A stretch of 49,896 nt of DNA, the filler included, from Streblomastix strix (Eukaryota), in assembly GCA_008636045.1 (NCBI GenBank). It is 2 parts of 2 records of this genome, joined end to end, with 100 filler letters (N's around TTAATTAATTAA, not from the genome) between each part and the next. Parts side by side here need not be neighbours in the genome. Positions count along the whole stretch, not along the records: positions 1 to 24,943 come from SNRW01000221.1; positions 25,044 to 49,896 come from SNRW01000222.1. The stretch is one strand, 5' to 3'. Under the pieces are notes generated by a model, which was not told where the DNA came from, made no database searches, and worked only from the letters and a program-made list of their open reading frames with translations. This document shows positions 14,701-26,522 of the stretch, piece by piece; the stretch's first letter is position 1; every line of letters starts with the position of its first letter. The translations under genes were made by a program, and so were the position numbers.

Positions 14701-17700
14701 GGAATAAATAATAATAATTAATCAATACAATAAACTTAATCTTTATTACCTTTTTCCAGCTCTTCATAAATTTCTTCATAATAATAAACACATTTAACTC
14801 GAGGCTATTTTAATCCAAATGAATCAAAGAAATAATTATTTAATAGATTGAGCACTCCAAGAGTAAAAGAGAATGATATTAATAATAATATGAAAGACAA
14901 TTCTAATAATGCATAATAACAATAATAGTAATAACCATCATAAGCACTCATACCTAATCTATAATATTAATAACAGATTAAATTAGCAAGAGAATAACAG
15001 GATGATTGTTCAATGAACTCTGCAAGTTCAATTAAATCTAACATCACAAATAATACTTGTTCATCAAATTCTTCTTCATAATAAACTAAATCTTAATCAG
15101 TACAAAAATTAAATAGACCACAATCAAGATCTTTTTCATAGCCAAGAATGAACACATCAAGATAAAATAGCTCTCCTTAATAATAATCTTCTTAATAAAC
15201 AAATAAATCAAATAAAACTAATATTTCTTAAACATCCAGAAATGTAAGTATGAATATTAATATTAATAATGTGAGATGTGCAAGTGCGAATAGAAGTGTG
15301 AAATAGACTGAAAAAAAGAATGAATTAAATGAAGAATATGAATGGAATGAAGTTGAAGATGATGAAGAAGAAGTATTAAATGGAGATGANNNNNNNNNNT
15401 TAATAATGTGAGATGTGCAAGTGCGAATAGAAGTGTGAAATAGACTGAAAAAAAGAATGAATTAAATGAAGAATATGAATGGAATGAAGTTGAAGATGAT
15501 GAAGAAGAAGTATTAAATGGAGATGAATATGAATATGAATATGATGATTATGATGATATAAATGATAAAGTTATTGAAGGGACTTCATAATTAGCATAGT
15601 CAAATAGGAGTAAAAGAAAGAAGAAGAAAAAGAAGAAGAAAAAGAAGAAAAAGAGAATATTAGGAAAAAGTACTAGTAAAAGTAAAAGTAGAGAAAGAAT
15701 GAGTGATTAAAGTGATAATAATAAGGATAAAGAAAGTGTGAATACAATTACTACTACTTTTAATATTAATAAAAATAATCGTAAAATAATATTTGACTAA
15801 AAGATAATATTTGTATCTAAGAAGAGAATAGTTGAATCTTATAAGTAGAATATTAATGGAGAGGATAATAATTATAATGTTTCATAATAAAATAATTCTT
15901 CATAATAATCATCATCATCATTTTTATCTCATTAGAATTAAAATATAAATTAATAATAATAATAATTTAATGTAAATAAACTATCTGAAGAAGATAAAGA
16001 AATGTTAAGATCAATAGAAGCTGAATATTCGAGGTTTGAATATATATATGTAAATTATTTATAATTATATTTATTTATTATATATAATAATCATTAATTA
16101 TTATTTAAATATTTAGACGAGGAAGATGGGAACGTATTTTTCCAACTCCATTTAATTCATCTCTTTATTCAGGTGGATACGGAATCATTTAATAATAAGA
16201 TAAATAATAATAACCTGTTTCATATGTATAATAGTATTAATTATAGAAATAATCGTCCTAATAATAAATATAGAATATTGAATAAATAAAGATTGATATA
16301 AATATAGAAAATAAAGATGATGGAGAATGGAGAGATGAAATAAATGTAAATATTCATCCAAATAATGAAAACAGTAGTTAAAATATGAACATAACAAATA
16401 GAGGAAGTTAATAATAATCGAAAGAAATAAATTATTCATCTTCATAATAATGGCTTTTATCTTAATACAATCCATCTTCATATGCACAATGTTTGGAGAA
16501 TCCAACACCATCTGATAAATTATTATGGTTATGGTTGAGGTACAGATATTAATTAACATGTGGATCTCTTGAAGCTATTCAACACAGAAGGGAATTAATT
16601 GAAAGAAGTGAAAGAAAGAGAGAAGATAAAAATAGAATTAGAAAGATTGGAATTAATAAACAAATCAATAACGATAAGAATGTGAAAGATAAAGAGGAAA
16701 AGAAGAAGAATATTCAAAATGCTTCTTCGTAATCATAATCTTCATCCTCATAATAATTTGATTATGTTTGTCCAATATGTAGAATTGTACATAGTTAGGA
16801 TCCTATCTAACAACTATCAAGATAGAAAATTATTTTCCCTAAAGTATAAAATTTATATATTAATTCAACTTATTCACTTATTCATATTATATATTATATA
16901 TTATATTTACATTTATTGAAGGGCCTTGGTGTTACATTATAAGAATGGAAATAAAAGAAAAAGGAAAGAAAGATAATTAGAAAGATAAAGAGAGTAAAGA
17001 AGAAAGAAGAAGATGATGAAAGAAAGAAGAATAGACAAATTAAGAAAGAAAAAGAATAATAAAAGAAATAGAATTTATAAATGAATATAAAGTAGAGAGA
17101 TTATGATAATATGTTTCTTTCTTCTGCAAAATAAAAAGAGATATAAAAATAATAAGAAGAAAAACAATTATAAAAAGAATAAATACCTAACAAAATGAGA
17201 AAGAGAATAAAAATACATAAATAAAGAAGAATGATTTCTATATTAAATGAGTTATTATAGCAATAATAATAATAGTCATCGTCACAATAATAATAAATAT
17301 AGTAATAAGGTGTATTAAGTCTATTATAATACACAGGATTAGGGATAAAGAGTGAGAAAGAAAGAGAGTTAGAGATATTGAAAGAGAAAGATATCATAAA
17401 TGAATAAATAGAATAGAGAGAATTAATTGAAGGGAATAATTAAAGATAATAATTAATTAGCAATAAATAACTAAGCACATAATAGAATACATAAAATAAT
17501 AACAAATAATTAATGTATTATGGATATAGAGGATAAGGAGATAGTGATGATGATGAATAATATAATATTAATAAAATGAGAAATAATAACAGGAAAGAAT
17601 AAATACATAATTATAAAAATGATTATTCTGATGAAACCACCTCTTCATTATCATATTCATCTTAATCCAAAACAAACTTTTAATTTCATTCACAATAATC

Positions 17701-20700
17701 TTCATCTTCATTTCATTCTTCTGATTCTTCCACTCTTTATTTTTCATCTTCTCTAACTTCATCTACTTTCTCATCTTTATTATCACAATCTGATGATGAT
17801 GAAGATGAAGATGAAGATGAAGAAATGAAAGAAAACGAAAATGAATAAATAATTGGAATTTAGAAAGAGTAATAAGAAGGAAAAATAACAGAAAGAAAAG
17901 AAAATGGAAATAAAGATGATAACGAAAACGATAAAGAATCTTTTTCATCTTCTTCATCCTCTTCATTAAATAATTCATCTCTATCACTATTCTCTTCATC
18001 AGATGAAAAGAATTGTAAGAGTGAAAATGAAAATACTGAAAAAATGAGTAAAAATAAGAAACATATACGGAAACATAAATATAGAAAAAATATTAAGAAA
18101 AAAAAGAATAAGAAAAACTAAAGAATAATAAATTCAGAAAGAAATAACACTTCACAATCATAATCTCTTAATGATAATGATGATAATAATTATAATGATG
18201 ATGATGAAATAAGAATAAAATATAATTAAAATTCAAAAAATCCACCTTAAATAACATTATAAAATTACATTAAATTATTGCATGATATTCGCAAATAGAG
18301 ATATATATGGGAAAATAAATATACATAAATATTAAATAAGCAATAATCATAATAATCATAAATATAACATAATAGAGCAATTTCAAATTCAAATAATGAA
18401 TATAAGACAAATGAATCATTATATAATTTTCCTAATATTTCTTTATTAACAGATTAAGACTGTGTTCCTTAATGTTTATACATTCCTGGAAGAAAATATA
18501 GATTAATCAATTAAACATAAATTAAGATAAAAGAAAGAAGTAAGAGTGAAAAAAAAGACGTAGATATTGTAAGAATGAATAATGGAGAATATTAAGATAA
18601 GAAAATGATGAAAATGTCAATAATTTAATATGCAGGTCTATATCATTCAAGATTGAATATGAGTTTAAATAAATTAATAAATTAGAAAAAATAATTTTTA
18701 ATATATCTTAAGAAAAATTAAAAGGATGAAACTGATTTATCTTCATAAATACAATAATAATAACATTAATCATAATTACAATTAACTCCAAATACTATGA
18801 ACAAAAGAGGAAGTAATGCAAAACCAATTATTATAGGTTAATAATAACATTAAATATAAAAGTAAATAAATCATAAAATTGAAAGCTTGGCAATCTAATC
18901 TTCTTCATCATCTTCAATATCTTCATCTTCAATATCTCACTAACAATAATTAAATTAACTTTAATAACAATCTTCATTTATTAAACTTCCTTCATTTTCT
19001 TAGTTCTTTGGCCCAAATAATTCACTATATATTTCTATCATATAATTACCTAATTATGATATTCCTTTTGATTTTCCTTATCTTATTGAATAAAAACTAA
19101 AAATATACAAAAATTGGATAAATAAAAAGTTTAATGAAGAAAAGGATAGAATTAAAAAAGAATTGAAGAAAGAATTAAAAGAATACTAAAATTTAAATAA
19201 TTAAATGGATATTAAAAATATATATGAGTAAATATAGAATGTGAACTATGTGGAGATTTAATAATAATAATAATAAGAGAAAGAAAATGATTAATAAAAA
19301 TAGAAAGAAGGAGAAATAATATAAAATTAATAAGAAAAAATTGAATTAATAAAAAATATTATTGAAGAAGAAGAAGAAAATATTAGAAAAGAATAACAAT
19401 AAGAAAATTTGGTGAATCTATTAATCAATAATTAACAGAATTAGCAAGAATAAGACAAAAATTAATATTAAGAATAATTAATATAAGATGCAAAGGAATA
19501 TCATGAAGCAAGAATTAAGAGAATAGAAAAAAGAAAGAAAGAACATGAAGATAGAAAAGGAGAAAGAAAGAAAGAAAAAATTGAGATGAAAAATGAAGGG
19601 AGAAAAGATGAGAAATTAAATGAGAAAGAGAAAGAGAGAGGAAAAGGATAAATTAATGGACTAAATGAAGATGACATTAATAATGAAAGAGAATAAGATG
19701 AATAATGCTATTAAGATGATGACTATGAAAATGAATAATATGATGATGGAAGTGAAAGTGATTATGCTGGAGATGAAAGAGATGATTATATTAGTGATGA
19801 TTTTGAACAAAGAAAAGATAAGGACAATTAAAATAATAATGCAGTCTAACTAAGAAAGAATGCTAATGCCAATATAAATTCTTAAGGATTATTGATCTAA
19901 ATTCCTCCTTCGTCTTCTTAATCATTTTCATCTTCAACACAAACATAAAATAATAATTCATTTTAATAACATACTTCAATTTCGTCTCATAAACAAACAT
20001 TTTAATAAGCATAATAGATGTATTAATAATAACTTAAGAAATAATAATAGTAACAACAATATTAATAATAAATTTATCCACAGTCTCAATAATCACAGAG
20101 AAGAAATGAAAGCAAACATCCTGTTATTATAGATAAAATAAACAAAAACAAAATATAAAGTGCAGATAATGATAAAAGGAAATATAATTTTAATGATAAT
20201 GATAAGGATTATTCAATAAATATGAATGAAAACGAAAATGATGATGTAACAGGAAATAATACAAGTAGATAATCTCATATGGTAATAAAAGAAGTAAAAT
20301 AACCAACTTTATTTAATTTCTAATATTTTGATTCAAATTAAATATCAAATTCAAAATAATATTTTTAATATATATAATATTTAAAGAAATAACATTAATA
20401 ATAAAATGGTGAAAAATTATAATAGCTCCAATATTAGTAATGGCTATTATTTTAAAATAAACAACAATAAACACCAAATAATCATTTTATTCAATTTACT
20501 ACTCCCTAGCTTCCTTCAATAAAAGCTTCTTTCTCTCAACCAGAAATTAGCTCATTTTAGAATTTGCAATAGATTCATTAATAAATGCAATAACAATAAC
20601 AGATAAATTAATAATAAAAACAATAATCATTTCCACCAAACAATTCTTTCTTTTCAAGTTTGGGTGTTATGACATAACAATAGAAAGAAAGTTAAAAATA

Positions 20701-20818
20701 AAATCATTCAAACTCTTCTGCAACACAATCTGACAATAATAATGTACATAAAGAACCACCTCATAGTTTTTTTGTCCATGCCAAAAGTTCAGGGAATTTA
20801 CCTATTACAAAATAATGA
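11757..20818 (+). CDS. TTLL4: Tubulin polyglutamylase, TTLL4-like (tubulin-tyrosine ligase family), with very large low-complexity inserts and tail
   Basis: Ordered TTL motifs: QRVSHFPSTYEVGRKDRL, FFPHTFVLPRD, YISKPVSSARGIGV, IIQRYISHPLLVNGYKIDIRIYIAVT, GLVRFASEEY, HLTNFSINK, GTKWTL, WELFGADILLDENL/RPWILEINTSPSL and LTDLFNMIGF. The TTLL4/5-type motif LSEEDKEMLRSIEAEYSR/RGRWERIFP lies at about 15980-16145. Terminal TGA at 20816-20818. The start could be further upstream. The gene spans a 10-N gap. Confidence 0.88.
15263..15526. other. Assembly artefact: identical 127-bp direct duplication flanking a 10-N scaffold gap
   Basis: 15263-15389 equals 15400-15526, with Ns at 15390-15399. A 127-bp overlap matches a k=127 de Bruijn assembly. 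Confidence 0.9.
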
Positions 20819-21372
20819 TCAAAGTTCATTTGCATTAGACAAAACAATGTAACAAATTTCATTTTAGAGTTAATTTTCCAATTTATTATAATTAAAATGT
20901 ATTATTATATAATAAAGTAATTTGCTGATAATTTTAATGGATTGAATTATTATTTCTCTTTACTACTTCATAAATTTGCATTATAAGGTTCATTTAAAAT
21001 CATTTCTTATTTAAAAATCTATATTTGTTATAATTTATTTAAAAATAAGACAAATTTGCATGTTCCAAATTTTAAGCCAATAACTCTACTTGTATATTTC
21101 TAAAGATTTTAAAGCAATTAAAAATAATTCTTAATACCTTTTAAGCATATTTTTCACATTATTATGAAAAAAACATAAATGAAACACACTAAATAGTAAT
21201 TTTTCATAAAAAGCAGCGTTTAATCCTACAAATGCATGGTTATAGCTATAATGCATATGTTAATAATACAATTACCTAAATACTCCTTTTAATGTGTATA
21301 AAAAATTTGCAAATCTAATTATAATTTTTTTTTTTATTGTTTTAATTTTAAATTCAGATAATTAAATATAAA

Positions 21373-22851
21373 ATGTAATTAGATACTATTAACATTGCAG
21401 AAGAGTTTGATTCAATATTTAATAAAGATTATACTGAAATACAAAAAGTTGAAAGATTAATAAAATTATGCTTTTCAACAGCACAGCTTAATACAGACAT
21501 ATTAAAATAAAAATATAGCAAATCTATATGTTAAGTAATACAACTCAAATTAGGAGATCTTTCTTCAGATTCATAAAGTGCTCTTTTGGATCTTGTGGAG
21601 ATTTTAACAACACGGGGGATTGGAGATTCATATTTCAATGAATTTTATAATTAATTCTATGAATCAGGACTTATTACAAAGATCTAAATATTATTAAAAT
21701 AGAGATTTATTTAAGAGAAGGAAAGCTAAAAATTGCAGATTTCGGAGATAACATATCAGCTTGTTCGAATATTTATGTACGCAATGAAAATGCGAGAGAT
21801 TAGCATAGAATTTCTGTAGATAATATCTTTTGTAATCACTAATAATATTAATTCCCTAATAATTTAACTTAAAACTTGGAATAATAATAAATAATAGAAG
21901 AATGAAAAAAATTAAGAAATATGGATAGAATCTGATATGAGAAATACAGCGAAAATAATTCATGGATTAGCTAGGGTTGCAAGCTGTAACGGAAAATACT
22001 TTATTAAATCAATTTAGCTAATCAAATCAATTGCAGCCCTAATACACTTAAACTGCTGCGATAGCCTGAAATGTCAGAAGCTCATCATTGTACCTTGCTC
22101 TTCTGTATATAATGAGTTAAGAAAGTCTGTTTTTGATGCGTTATATGAGATTACATTGGATGATGATATAATTATTAAATAATACTTAATCAATGTTCAC
22201 AACATTTTTTCACATTTTACTTATTTATTCAAAGAAGTTATTACATAGCACTAATATCCTTTCATTGTTCAAAATATCCAAACAATTAATTCATTTGATA
22301 CAAGTGCTATAATTTTAATTGCAATTGAACTTCTTCATGTTCTTCTTTATTACCCACATCATGTTGAAACTGCTTTATTTACATCTAATCTGGTAAAAAC
22401 TCTCATAACTCTTTTAAAGTTTAATAACATCAATAATATGGATGAAGCATTAGAAATAAGAAAAAGCTCATTCCATTGTTTGATCTGTATTTAGGAAAGA
22501 GGAATAAAGGGTTTATAAATTTTGATAAATGCAAATTATGCTGGCTCTCTTACAAATTGGATTGGAGAAGGTTACAAATTATTGGATAATTACATGCTGA
22601 GAAAGGGCATCCATAACTTCTCCAATTTCATGAGTTTGATTTGTTAATACAACTAGAAACATCCTTAATTTTCATACTTAAAAAAACGAGTGGAAGAACA
22701 AATTGAAAAAGATGGAGGAATGGAAGAAATAGAAACTAATATCTTTTGTTCAAATTCTTTGTGGGGTTATGTTAAGAAGAATGCATTTGAAATTAAAAAT
22801 AATTTGATATTCTAATTTTAAGATATTTCAAACAAAAAACAATGGTATTGA
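21373..22851 (+). CDS. Uncharacterised, probably alpha-helical (ARM/HEAT-like) protein, 492 aa in one exon
   Basis: Open frame with TAR=Gln from ATG 21373 to TGA 22849-22851. It has amphipathic helical segments (FYESGLITKIQILL, NLVKTLITLLK, GLQILINANYAGSL) and ends in VEEQIEKDGGMEEIETNIF. An AG acceptor at about 21357 suggests a possible short 5' exon near 21180-21295. Confidence 0.7.
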
Positions 22852-23276
22852 AATTTAAAGGAATAATTAAATGTTTGAATGGTTGAGTCATTTTTTCTAG
22901 TTCATATAAATAAAATGTTATTAATTTGTTATTTTGTGAGCATTTTATTATGTTAAAGTTGACCAAAGTAAAAATGATGTGATTAATGGCAAATAAACAA
23001 GAATTGAAAGGAGTAAATTTTAGAATTGGATGAAAGATAATAAGAAATGTTTAGATTATTCCTTTATTATCTTTCTAAATCTTCATTGCAATTATTATCA
23101 ACATTCATTCTTTCAATTAAGAAAATTATGTAAGAGATTAATATAAATTAGATGAAATGAAATAAGACTAAAAGAAAAAATTTAAAAAAAATGCATTATA
23201 TATTTAAGGAGAAAATTTCAGACATTTTTTCAATTATAACACTATCACTCATTAAATCATTCACTTCCTGATAAAA

Positions 23277-24943
23277 TCAAGCAGGCATTTTTCTAATTCT
23301 TTCTACAATCTGCTTCATGGATGGCCTGTTGCTTGGGTCTTAATCCCATGCTTCTACCATCAGATCAATATATTCCTGATAAAGAAAATTATTCATTTTA
23401 ATTTTGAGAATAAAAAATATAAATATATTTTAATTTTTGAATATAATTTAATACCTGCTTTATGTGTGGAGGGAGTGGATTGGGTATTTCAGGACGCATT
23501 TATCTGAGAAGAACACCTTGAACTATATGCACAATATTAAGTCCATGGAATGGAACTGCACGTGTAATTAGTTCCCACATCAAGACAGAATAACTATTAA
23601 TATATAACAAAGGAAACAAACAATAATAAATTTAAATTTATTAAAATAAGTTTTCAAATTTCATTATTATTTGGTATTCTTTTACCTGTACACATCAGCA
23701 GCGAGAGTATATCTCTTCTTCATTAACACTTCTGGTGCTGTCCATTAGGGCGTTCCCAGAACATGCTGATGTTTCTCCAAATCCTGAAAATAATATTATA
23801 TTATATTATATTATATAAATTAATAATAGTTAATCATACTTTAAGATCTTCGGGTTTTGAAAGTCCAAAGTCTGTTAGTCTTATGTTCCATTCGCTATCT
23901 ATCATAACATTTCCACTCTTGATATCTCTAATACAACAAAAATTAATAAAAAATTGGTGAATATAAAATATTTAAATTATTGTAATAATACCTATGTGTA
24001 ATGCTAGGTCTAAGTGAATGCATAAATTATAATCCCTTTGCAACATCCAAAGCAAACTTTCTCACCAACTTCCAGGTAAGGACAGTTTGCTTGTTATGAA
24101 TAATCTGAAAAAGTGTTCCTCTGGAAGCAAGAGGCATTATAAGCATCATATTTGGTTCAAAGCAACATCCTATTAGAGGCATTAGATTTGGATGATGCAT
24201 TTTAGATTGAACCTGAATAATTAAATAATGTCATATTTATTATAATATGATGAAAATAAATTAAAATAAATGTTAAGCATACTTTCATCTCTCTCAAGAA
24301 ATGCTCTCGTTCAATAGCAGGAAGTGAATCCTTCATTTTCTTCACAGCAACATGTTCCCCCTTCACAAATAAGAAATAAATAATAATTTGTTCATTATTT
24401 CTTTTTCAAAAATTAAATAATTTCAAACCTTAAATATGCAATCGAACACATTAGCGAATCCACCATGTCCAATATTCTTCCATGTGTCCAATTCACTCTC
24501 ATCAATAACCCTGTCCTGTAATGACTTCATGAAAGCACTCGCTTTTGCTGACCATTTGGGAACTTGCATTATTGGAGGTGGGGGTGGAGGAGGTGGAGGT
24601 GATTTAAATGGTGTGGTCTGGAGTTTACGATCACTGAATATCTCGATTTCATCTTTCTCCTTCTCCTTTTCTTTCTCTTTTTCCCTTTCTTTCTCCTTTT
24701 CCAATTGTTTCTCTTTCTCTTTTTCTAATTGCTTTTCTCTTTCTTTCTCTTTTTCTTTCTCTTTCTCTAATTGCTTTTCTCTTTCTTTCTCTTTTTCTTT
24801 CTCTTTTTCCAATTGTTTTTCTTTTTCTCTTTCTTTCTCTTTTTCCAATTGTTTTTCTTTTTCTTTTTCCCTTTCTCTTTCTTTTTCTCTTTCCCTTTCT
24901 TTCTCTCTTTCCCTTTCTTTTTCTCTTTCTCTTTCTCTTTCTT
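23277..24943 (-). CDS. Tyrosine-kinase-like (TKL) protein kinase, 5' end truncated at the contig end
   Basis: Exons encode IGHGGFANVF, VAVKKM, FLREMK, HPNLMPLIG, ITH/RDIKSGNV, LTDFGLSK, GTPQWTAPE, ADVY/SYSVLMWELIT and WDQDPSNRPSM, then TGA at 23279-23277. The kinase domain is preceded by a nine-Pro run and EK repeats. Confidence 0.92.
24652..24943 (-). repeat. Coding tandem repeat (EKEKEKEREKQL-like units and E/K/R tract)
   Basis: Pyrimidine-rich repeat on the + strand with recurring 'aattg' about every 24-42 bp. It runs into the N gap and probably explains the contig break. Confidence 0.85.
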
Positions 24944-25043
24944 NNNNNNNNNNNNNNNNNNNNNNNNNNNNNNNNNNNNNNNNNNNNTTAATTAATTAAN
25001 NNNNNNNNNNNNNNNNNNNNNNNNNNNNNNNNNNNNNNNNNNN
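24944..25043. other. Artificial contig-joining linker (44 N + TTAATTAATTAA + 44 N)
   Basis: Exactly 100 bp, with a palindromic six-frame-stop 12-mer at 24988-24999. The flanking sequences should not be assumed adjacent in the genome. Confidence 0.95.
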
Positions 25044-25044
25044 T

Positions 25045-25519
25045 AAAGCTGTTCTTTTACATGATCATGCATTCTTTCTAAATTTCTCTTAAAGCTAGTA
25101 TATTCATAAGGAAGTTCCATTTAAAAAAAGTATGCTTTTACAACCTTTATATATATTTCATTATTACATATCAATACTAAACTTTATCATATCAAGCAAA
25201 CTGCATCCATCATGGTGAAAGGATCTTGCTCATGACGATACACAACCCAATACATCCAATAACAGTTCAAGTGATCTAAGCAGTGTTTCGTGGATACAAA
25301 CTCTAGAAAGCTGTGATCTTCCACACTAATGGTGTGCAATGCTTGTCTGAATTTGAGAGCCCTGAAGACGCCAGATCTGCGAGAGAGGCTTTGGATGGGC
25401 GTGAGATATATGCAGGATGCTGCTTAATGAAGATTGAGTACTCGTCAATGCGAAGACCGCTTTCTGTGAGACGAAATACTGAATTTGCTATCGATTTAAC
25501 GGGAATATTTGAGCTTTGA
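25045..25519 (+). CDS. Polypyrimidine-tract-binding / hnRNP L-like RRM protein, partial and possibly a pseudogene
   Basis: After an intron (about 25130-25196) the frame reads RILLMTIHNPIHPITVQVIQAVFRGYKLQKAVIFHTNGVQCLSEFESPEDARSAREALDGREIYAGCCLMKIEYS. This matches RRM2 of PTB/hnRNP L (IY-GCC-L-I-YS). The upstream exon resembles the end of RRM1. The frame then reaches TGA 25517-25519 with no GT donor. Confidence 0.75.
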
Positions 25520-25794
25520 TTTTTTTTTATTTGACATAATTAAAAATAGTTTCCTTCTTTTTTTTTTTGATAAAATTATACAATAAAATTAACTCTTGTT
25601 AGAAAATAGAATTAAACCTATATATACGAATGGTGATAATGCAACATGAGAATTTATGAGCTATTAAACAGATAAAATTAATTAATTATTAGAATAGAAT
25701 AAATTCATTAAATTTATAATCAAATAAAGGTTCGAATTGGAAGATTAAATAAAATTCATGTAAAGCCACAGCAATTATTTAAATGAATAAATAG

Positions 25795-26089
25795 TATACA
25801 TCTGTTTCTCGATAACTTACCGATTGGTATGAATACTAATGAAGTAGTTAGAAAATTGCAAACCGATGAGCTGAAACAAGTCCGTGTGTCTAATGGTGGT
25901 CTGGGAGAAGAGCAGCAGGATGTAGATTAATCAATTACATAATACTTATAAAGTGATATTGGTGACAGAAACACAGTTAATGAAGAGGAGGAAGAATATG
26001 ATGAGGATGATGATGATATGGGAGATTATGGAGATGATGATTAGGACAATATGATTGATGATTAGTTGGGCGGGTCTGGATATTACTGA
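25795..26089 (+). CDS. Probable terminal exon of the RRM gene (RNP2-like motif plus acidic tail)
   Basis: After an AG acceptor it reads IHLFLDNLPIGMNTNEVVRKL...EEEEEYDEDDDDMGDYGDDD...SGYY then TGA 26087-26089. The link to the upstream exons is unresolved. Confidence 0.5.
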
Positions 26090-26262
26090 AGTGGATGTGC
26101 TGCTTGATTTCACATTTCACAATATACTTTTAAAAACAATAAAAAAATTAAGAAAAATTGGAATATTTTAAAAATTAAGAATATTTTATCACTTATACTT
26201 GTACTAATTATTAAAATAAATTGGTTAGAACATTTATAAAAATAAAAAGAGCGAGCTTAAAA

Positions 26263-26387
26263 AATCTAAAAATCAAGAATGTGTTTAAATTTAAAAATCA
26301 AGAGTGTTTACGAATTTAAAAATCAATAATGTACATGAATCTAAAAATTAAAAATGTATTTAAATTTAAAAGTCAATAGTGCTAATG
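26263..26387. repeat. Intergenic 25-bp minisatellite, five diverged units plus degenerate flanking copies
   Basis: Units start at 26263, 26288, 26313, 26338 and 26363: aatctaaaaatcaagaatgtgttta, aatttaaaaatcaagagtgtttacg, aatttaaaaatcaataatgtacatg, aatctaaaaattaaaaatgtattta, aatttaaaagtcaatagtgctaatg. Confidence 0.8.
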
Positions 26388-26522
26388 AAATTTAAATCAA
26401 GTGTTAGCTTAATTAAAATAATTAAGAGCGCTTGAATGCGCATTGACACAAAGAATAAATTAAGATAATTAAGATTTCAAATAATAATTATAATACAATT
26501 TTGTTTTATTCAATATTTAGTC

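Noticed and set aside
15263..15526. Perfect 127-bp tandem duplication and apparent frameshift in the TTLL gene
   Set aside because: It flanks a 10-N gap and equals a common assembler k-mer length, so it is best explained as an unmerged overlap.
7122..19853. Many short standard-code ORFs (for example 7122..7436, 7441..7821, 11914..12231, 16185..16559, 17101..17397)
   Set aside because: They are off-frame or antisense to the LRR and TTLL genes and arise from using the wrong genetic code.
24436..24999. Track ORFs on the + strand (187 aa and 74 aa, Ser/Phe-rich)
   Set aside because: They are antisense shadows of the kinase EK repeat and run into Ns.
24944..25043. Palindromic TTAATTAATTAA inside an N run
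   Set aside because: It is a symmetric 100-bp synthetic six-frame-stop linker, not biology. No synteny is inferred across it.
26263..26387. Possible CRISPR-like array
   Set aside because: The units are contiguous 25-mers with no unique spacers of CRISPR length. There are no cas genes and the context is eukaryotic.
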